Of a stretch of 64,000 bases of DNA, positions 56,875 to 64,000 are shown piece by piece. Source of the DNA: Chrysomallon squamiferum. Taxonomy: Eukaryota; Animalia; Mollusca. The notes under the pieces are model-generated. The model worked only from the letters and a program-made list of their open reading frames with translations, was not told where the DNA came from and did not search any database. The DNA is taken from assembly GCA_012295275.1 (NCBI GenBank), contig CM022673.1, forward strand, positions 6,634,001-6,698,000, written 5' to 3'. Both the position numbers and the translations under genes were made by a program. The first letter of the stretch is position 1. The number at the start of each line of letters is the position of its first letter.

Positions 56875-57551
56875 GTTTGAGTCTGGTTTTTTGTTAGATT
56901 GATGTTCAAGCAAGCATTGCATCGTACACTTAATTTCAAAATGAACAATCATTGTTCAGTACTCCGACCAGTTTTAATTTGTACATATATGTGTAAATTA
57001 TTTATTTTATATTTTACAGAAGAAGAAGAATTTTTTTCCTTTTTTTTTTTATATTATTATTATTGTTGTTTGTAATTCCTATAATTTTTTAGATATATAT
57101 TTAAAATTTATTTTTTTTTTTTGTGAAAGAATATTAAGTTATCACTGAAATGTCTGTTTAACTCTGTTTTTTTGTATTTGAGAAATTTTTTTTTAAATTA
57201 ACATTCTCTATTTAATATATACTATAACAAGAAAAGAATACTTGGAAGTAAAACACAAGGAAAGTCTAAACTCATTATAAATTAAAGGATTAATGAAGAA
57301 GAACTATTACATGCTGAAACCAGTAATTTCAAAATATATTTTTATTATTTTTTTTATTATTAGTGTTGTTGTTGTTCCTGCTGTAGTCATTACTGTTTTT
57401 GTTATCATCAGTGTCATTATCGTCGTTATCATTATTATCATCATATTCATCATCATCATCATCATCATTATTTATAAATTACCTTTTAATCAGTAATATC
57501 TTTGTTTTTGTTTTTATTGTATTCTTTTCTTCTCTTTTTTCTAAAATTCAG

Positions 57552-57700
57552 CAACAGGAATTCTGAGACTGTGTGATGACATCAGAGACAACATTTTACC
57601 AAATCTTGGTGTCAGACTGGAAGACCACGAGGGTGAAGCGCCAGTAATTAAACTTGTAGACAAAGAAACTCTACTCAGAGAACGACAAGAGAAAATCAGA
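57552..57700 (+). CDS. CARS1: CARS1 exon P ([28 protein letters not shown]...EKIR; anticodon-binding region)
   Basis: attcag acceptor; AGA|gtaagt donor; 149 nt. Confidence 0.95.
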
Positions 57701-58082
57701 GTAAGTTTGTTTTTTTTTTATACTAATATACACACCGTCACTCCTAGTACAACACAATTATTATTATTTTTTATTTTTTTTATTACAGAAATAAAAATCT
57801 TTTTAAAAATAACTAGAAAAAAAAAAATAATAATTAAATGAAAAATATATATTATTTTATATATTAAGTAAAATAATAAATTTTCAAAAATAAAATGATG
57901 TTAATAAGTAAATTATTAAATAATTTTTATAGAGTTTAAAGTATTGTGGTAAATAATTCTTAATTTCCCATAAAAAAGAGATTTTTTTTAAAAGAACCCC
58001 ATTTAAAATTGTATTATTTTTGTTATGTTTTATTATGAAAAAAAAGGAAAGTTTTGATTATTTTTATCTTTAAATGTTACAG

Positions 58083-58142
58083 CAAGAAAATCTGAAGAAA
58101 GAGGAAAAAGAGAGAAAGAAGAAGGAACAAGAAGAAGCAAAG
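58083..58142 (+). CDS. CARS1: CARS1 exon Q (QENLKKEEKERKKKEQEEAK)
   Basis: ttacag acceptor; AAG|gtagag donor; 60 nt. Confidence 0.9.
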
Positions 58143-58145
58143 GTA

Positions 58146-58349
<204 letters not shown>

Positions 58350-58576
58350 AGAGAAAGGCCTTTTAAATGTGGAAAGTTCAGTAGAATTTGATAGAATTTT
58401 TATTCAAATTGGTAAAACTTTAACTTAAGAAAAAATGAAATGACAGACAAATATTTGGCCATATCTCCTGAAATGAGTCACAGAATTATTTTAGACTTAG
58501 TAAATTATTAAGAGTTTATTGAAAGACACAGTAAAGATAAAATGTGTGATTAAGTAATAATCTGGTTTCCATGCAG

Positions 58577-58660
58577 GCTGCCAAAGAGGCCCAGAAGAAA
58601 ATTCCTCCATCAGAAATGTTCAAAAGTGAAACTGATAAGTACTCAAAATTTGATGAACGG
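58577..58660 (+). CDS. CARS1: CARS1 exon R (AAKEAQKKIPPSEMFKSETDKYSKFDER)
   Basis: atgcag acceptor; CGG|gtgagt donor; 84 nt. Confidence 0.95.
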
Positions 58661-59332
58661 GTGAGTAAAAAAAAAAAAAAATAAATAAATAAATAAATAA
58701 ATTGTTTTGCTTTGAGAATTACTAATATCTATTTGGAAATAAAACAGTTTATAATTCTAAAATATTTTGAGTGAAAGGTTTTTGAGATGTCAAGTAATTA
58801 GGTTTTTGTCAGTGGTTTCATTCTTAGACATCTACATATGACAAATTATTATCAGTAGTCCTAGGTATTACAAGGGTTCCAGGAACATCAAAGTTATTAA
58901 TGAGAGAGGAAAACTCTGTTTATGATTGTAGCCTAGTAATAGACGTAGATATATATTTGTTTAATGGCATAGATACTAGATATCTTCATTTTGTTTATTT
59001 TTATTGTTATATTTTATAATTTTATCATTTCATTATTTTATTTTATTTATTTCATTATTTATTTATTTTTTTTATTACCAAATTTTTAAAAATTTATTTA
59101 TTTATTTATTTAATTTTTTTTTTTTTTTAAATTAATTTATTTTATTTAAATATTTATTTTATTTATTTATTTATTTCATGGTTTGTTTGTTTATTTGTTT
59201 ATTATTAACTAATTAAATTATTTGTTTACTTATTTATTTCATTATTCATTCATTCATTCATTTACTCATTAATGTTTCTCTCTATTTAATTCAATTATTT
59301 CATAATTTAGTTGTTTATTGTAAAATATGCAG

Positions 59333-59482
59333 GGTATCCCAACCCATGATGCTGAAGGAACTGAGCTGACTAAATCAGCTCTGAAGAAACTGACCAAACT
59401 GTACGAGGCACAGGAGAAGAAGTACAAAGAATTCCTGCAGAGTCAGAAAGATTCTGGCAGTGGCGACAAAACCACAGAATAG
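59333..59482 (+). CDS. CARS1: CARS1 last coding exon ([31 protein letters not shown]...TTE*)
   Basis: atgcag acceptor; TAG stop at 59480-59482; 150 nt. Confidence 0.96.
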   Translation, partial: GIPTHDAEGTELTKSALKKLTKLYEAQEKKYKEFLQSQKDSGSGDKTTE

Positions 59483-59879
59483 TGCAACACAACTCAGTCT
59501 TTTGAGACTTTTTCCAAAAAGAAGCACAGCAGAAACATTTCTCAAAACAACATGGATAAAGAGAGAATTTTCTGAAGATGCTTAGATGAAGGAAAAAAAA
59601 ATAGACATTTTGTTTTTTCAGTGTTATGGATGATGTTTTTTCTTTTTTTTGTTTGCTTTTTATGTCAAAAATGAATGTCGCATTCTTTCTGTGTTGACGC
59701 ACAATTATATCCTTGTAATCTGCTTAAATTTTATATATATCTACTCTGCATATTTTTTTTTTTTTTTTTAGTTTGGTAGTTTCTTATAGCTTATTAAAGG
59801 GAGTTGGTCTTCACTTTTTAAATATTTTAATGTCAGTTTTGTGAGTCTTGTAACAGCATATCAGATTTATTGTTGCTTT

Positions 59880-59885
59880 AATAAA
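59880..59885 (+). promoter_or_regulatory. Candidate CARS1 polyadenylation signal
   Basis: AATAAA about 400 nt after the stop, followed by T-rich sequence; AATAAA is common in this AT-rich DNA. Confidence 0.5.
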
Positions 59886-61216
59886 ATTGAAAAATTTAAA
59901 TGTCGATATGATTAATTTTTTTATTTATTAATTACAAAAATCAAAACAGATAATAAATAAAAGACACTAATCCTTCTTGGTTAAAATTCTAGTCATCTAC
60001 ATAAATCAGTGAAATAATTTTAAAATGTTTAGACCTTTTTGATTGGTTGTGCATGAACACAAAAAATTAAAATAGAATTAAAAACTGACATTCTGAATTT
60101 TCATTTTTGTTTAATTTCTTTTTCTTTTTTGTAAATTTGTATTTATTTATTTATTTATTTCTATTTTTTAATTTGTTAATTCTGTCTGTAAAACAAGAAG
60201 AACAACAAAAAAATTCAAAAACATACCTCAGTAAAATACATTATCAATCATTTGTTGTTTTATAACTTTTCTAGAGATGTTTTAACCGCTTATAGTTACA
60301 ATTCAGTGTAAACATTTAAAATAATAATAATAATATTTATTGTAATGAGAATTTAATAATATTTTCTAAAACACAATATTATTTATCATGAATTAAAAAC
60401 AAAAAACAATTTTGTTTCCATTTATAACAAGTTTTATAACAAACTAAAATCAATGAAACTGAAAGGTAATTTATTAAATGTATTCCCAGATCTGGACTTC
60501 AACATCTATTATTATAAACATTTATTTTTATATTACTTTAAATTTTTGTGTATGTCATTTTTTAAAGTGCTTCAGCTTGGTTCAGTGTAAGAAATATGTT
60601 TTATAACTTACATTAAGAGATGAAAAAAAAAATGCATTGTTATGGAAATCCATGAAATTTATTTTACGTTTTTCTACATATCTGGATTTTGGAATGGACA
60701 TTTGCTATTAAAATCATTACAGAATTTAAAAAACATAACTCTAATTCAGTTTTCATTATCATTAGTTAAACCCAATTTACAAACTTTCTAATAATATACA
60801 GGACAATGTCTCTTGTTTAGATTATTTTATGAAATTTAATAATGTATAAGTAACACCAAACAAATGTGAATTCTAAAGCATTTGATTCACTGCTAGAAAG
60901 TATACAGATATTTCATACTCAGTATATTGGTCTGTGAAAATTAAAATTGTTCAGAAAAATCTCTTATTAAATTTCTGATTTACTGAATGGATACACTATT
61001 GTTTGCTATGTAAAATAGATTTAAAATTCCAATTTTTAACAATGAAAAAGAAATTTAAAAAATATATATATTATTATTATTATTATTATTTGTTAATATA
61101 AAACCGAATATTTTAAAATATGATTTAATACTTGAAACATTTTTGGCTAAAAGAATATTTTTATAATTAAATCCATAATTGTATAGGAAATGTCAATGAT
61201 AATGATGATGGTACTG

Positions 61217-61269
<53 letters not shown>

Positions 61270-62217
61270 CATCATCAGCATATCTATCACTTGGAATGAA
61301 TATTATTAAATAAAAGTATAAGAAAAGGATTATCATAACTGTATTTGAAAACTAAAAACAGACTGTGTTATATTTAGATTATTTTTATATTTCTTTAAAC
61401 TATAATAAAATTAATACAGATGCAGGGACTTCATTATTAACATACAAATACAGTTAGAATGAACTTCTTACTTTTATTATTTCATTTTATGTTAGAAATA
61501 TTCATATCATGGTAGACATCATTACTGGATTGTTATAATTTAGATATAAAAACTACATAGATATATATCTATATCACAGAATCTGAATTTTGGGATTTCT
61601 CAGGTATTAGTTGTGAAAGCCATAGACAGTTAATAACAAAAATTTATTAAACTGCATTTTTTTGTTTCATTTTTGTTTTCTCTCTATGTCATTTTTATAC
61701 TGTAATACTGCTTTTTGTTGCAATGTTGTTGTATTCAGCATTTTAAATGATTTATTTATTATTAAAGCTTTCATTTTCTTCTTCAAATAGTGTTTGTGTT
61801 TTTATTATCAATAATATTATTACTATATAAATGTAAATTTTTGAATTTATTTACTTATTTTACCTATTTATTTATTTATGTTTTTAATACAACTAAATGA
61901 AAAAGATATTTGCAATAACAACAGCTATTGTTATTGATTTTTAAAAATATTTATTTATTTATTTAAAAAATAAAATAAATACATGCATTCTTAAATTAAT
62001 TAATTTATTAACAAAAAAAAAAATAATAATAATAATAATAATAATAAATTCATAAAATTAAAAAGATATAAATAAATAAAAACTAAAACGATGTATATGA
62101 TAAAAAAAAATACATCACACGACAACATACTGTGAACACAATAATTACACATAACTGCTTTATCAGTTCATAAGATGCACACAATTCAAAGTGATCTTGT
62201 TAAAAAAAATTATATAC

Positions 62218-62262
<45 letters not shown>

Positions 62263-62983
62263 TGTAATAATATTAAAACAGTATTAAACACAACAGCACA
62301 TTATTACTTTATCAGTTCACAGATGTACAAAATTTGCAATGATCTTGCTAAAGAATTTTTTTTTCTGCCAAGTAACTTATGTAACTGTCGAAGTGGATCA
62401 AGCTTAAACAAACGATTTAATGGTTGCTTGATGAAGACCATTTAACCCCACTAATCAGGTTTTAACTTCGGGTTCATTACTGGTGTGTTATGTCACCTCT
62501 CTCTGTCACATACAATATATATATAACAATCAGTTACTGCCCAGAGAGCAAAATCATTAAGAAAACCTGGATGAAAAGCAGATAAGAGAAAGGCTGTCAT
62601 TCTTTGCTTGTGTTGTGTTTGTGCTGTGTAAGTATGATTTATGTTTTATAATTATTAATGAAAATATAAATATTTAGAAATTATTATTAAAATTTGTACA
62701 AGTTTGATACTATATATTTATCAAAACAGTGCAGATGAATAGTATATTTTATATTCTTGTTTGATTATTGGGGTTGTTATTTATTTTTTTTTTTTTTTTA
62801 ATCCTTAGAATCTATTTTTTGGTAATAATAAAGAAAAAGTAATATAAAAACCAGTAGAAAAAATAAATTAGTTTGGTCTTGAAAATGTTAGAACATTTTA
62901 ACTTAAGTTAAATTTGAGAAATTTGATAAAGCATGTTTGAAGTAAAATCCTGTGGAAGATTTAAACTGAATTTTGCAAACATT

Positions 62984-63014
<31 letters not shown>

Positions 63015-63057
63015 CTAATAATAATGATAACAATAACAATAACAGTAACAATAAAAA

Positions 63058-63099
<42 letters not shown>

Positions 63100-63522
63100 T
63101 CCAGGATCAGAAGCCTACGTGAAGAATAATTGAACTTTAATTTTACTTTTACTCCAAAAAAAAGAAAAGAATAATAAATCTAATTATTTAGTATCCACCA
63201 ACAAGCACATCAGGATTGTATATGATGATGCAGTACAGATCAAATCAATTCATATTTCAAAAGTTTCCAAAGATCCTATTTTATCCTAGAATATTACAGG
63301 GGTGATTCTCACTGGAACACTTCTGGAATTTTCCTAAAGTTACCTTTGATTCATTGTTGAATGCTAACATGGATCAGGATCCACTTTTAAACTGACATTA
63401 TCAGTTTTGATTCATCATTGATCCATTTTTGAAATGATAATTCACTTTTAAACTTACATAATGTTACTTTTGGTTCTAAAGTGAATTTCAGTGAATAAAA
63501 TACTCATGATTTGTTGCTGGAC

Positions 63523-63948
63523 ATGAATATCACTACTCAAAATCTGCCCAGACATGAAGAAAATGACAAATTAAGTACAAACCTGATTTCAGATCCATCA
63601 GTCCTTGTGGATTATAATGCTCGTAATTCAAAAGTGGATGTTAACCTTTCTCAGAATCTTAAATCAAATATGGATAAATTTTCTCTGAATCTGGACCTCA
63701 GTATGGATATCATTTCTCAGGATCCTGAACAAAATTTTGAAAATATGATATTGAATTCTAAAATGAGTAAGGATAATGTTTCTGAGCATTGTAAAGAAAG
63801 TATGGATCACTTTTCTCAAAATGTAAAAGCAAATGTGGATATGATTTCTCAGAATCCTAAACTCAGTATGGATAATATTTCTCAGAATCCTAAACTCACT
63901 ATGGATGACATTATTCATGATCCATCAGTAAATCTACACAAAAGTTGA
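63523..63948 (+). other. Orphan ORF with degenerate 11-aa (33-bp) repeats (MDxISQNPKLx); possibly a decayed gene
   Basis: 141 codons from the ATG at 63523, Asn/Asp/Ser-rich; the same frame continues upstream past an in-frame TAA at 63496. Confidence 0.35.
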
Positions 63949-64000
63949 CTGTTCTAAGTGACAAAAGAAAAACATTGGCTTGAAACCAAAAGCCAGACTT

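Noticed and set aside
59370-59702. 110-aa minus-strand ORF over the last CARS1 exon
   Set aside because: Antisense shadow of coding sequence and UTR with no independent support.

Overview
Very AT-rich, microsatellite-rich, intron-rich animal genomic DNA, probably a lophotrochozoan such as a gastropod mollusc (inference). It is not prokaryotic, and there is no CRISPR array, rRNA or tRNA. The one clearly recognisable gene is cytoplasmic cysteinyl-tRNA synthetase (CARS1) on the + strand. I could read 19 coding exons by hand between 43470 and 59482, all GT-AG. They contain the HMGH (HIGH-type) and KMSKS motifs, and one junction is 1 nt out of frame. I did not find the N-terminal exon(s), so bases 1-43469 appear to be one giant intron (>43 kb) beside other introns of 0.2-2.6 kb. 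Inside it, on the minus strand, is a candidate promoter (CCAAT, TATA, Inr-like) followed by a first coding exon for a signal peptide (MDKLPFPSLTGLVFFVQCWSLVNS/YMWDHLS) ending at a GTGAGT donor. This looks like a nested antisense gene for a secreted or membrane protein that the ORF track misses. It is surrounded by many short, sequence-complex, enhancer-like islands with clustered TF motifs, suggesting a regulatory block with CARS1 as bystander. Almost all other ORFs in the track are microsatellite or minisatellite artefacts.
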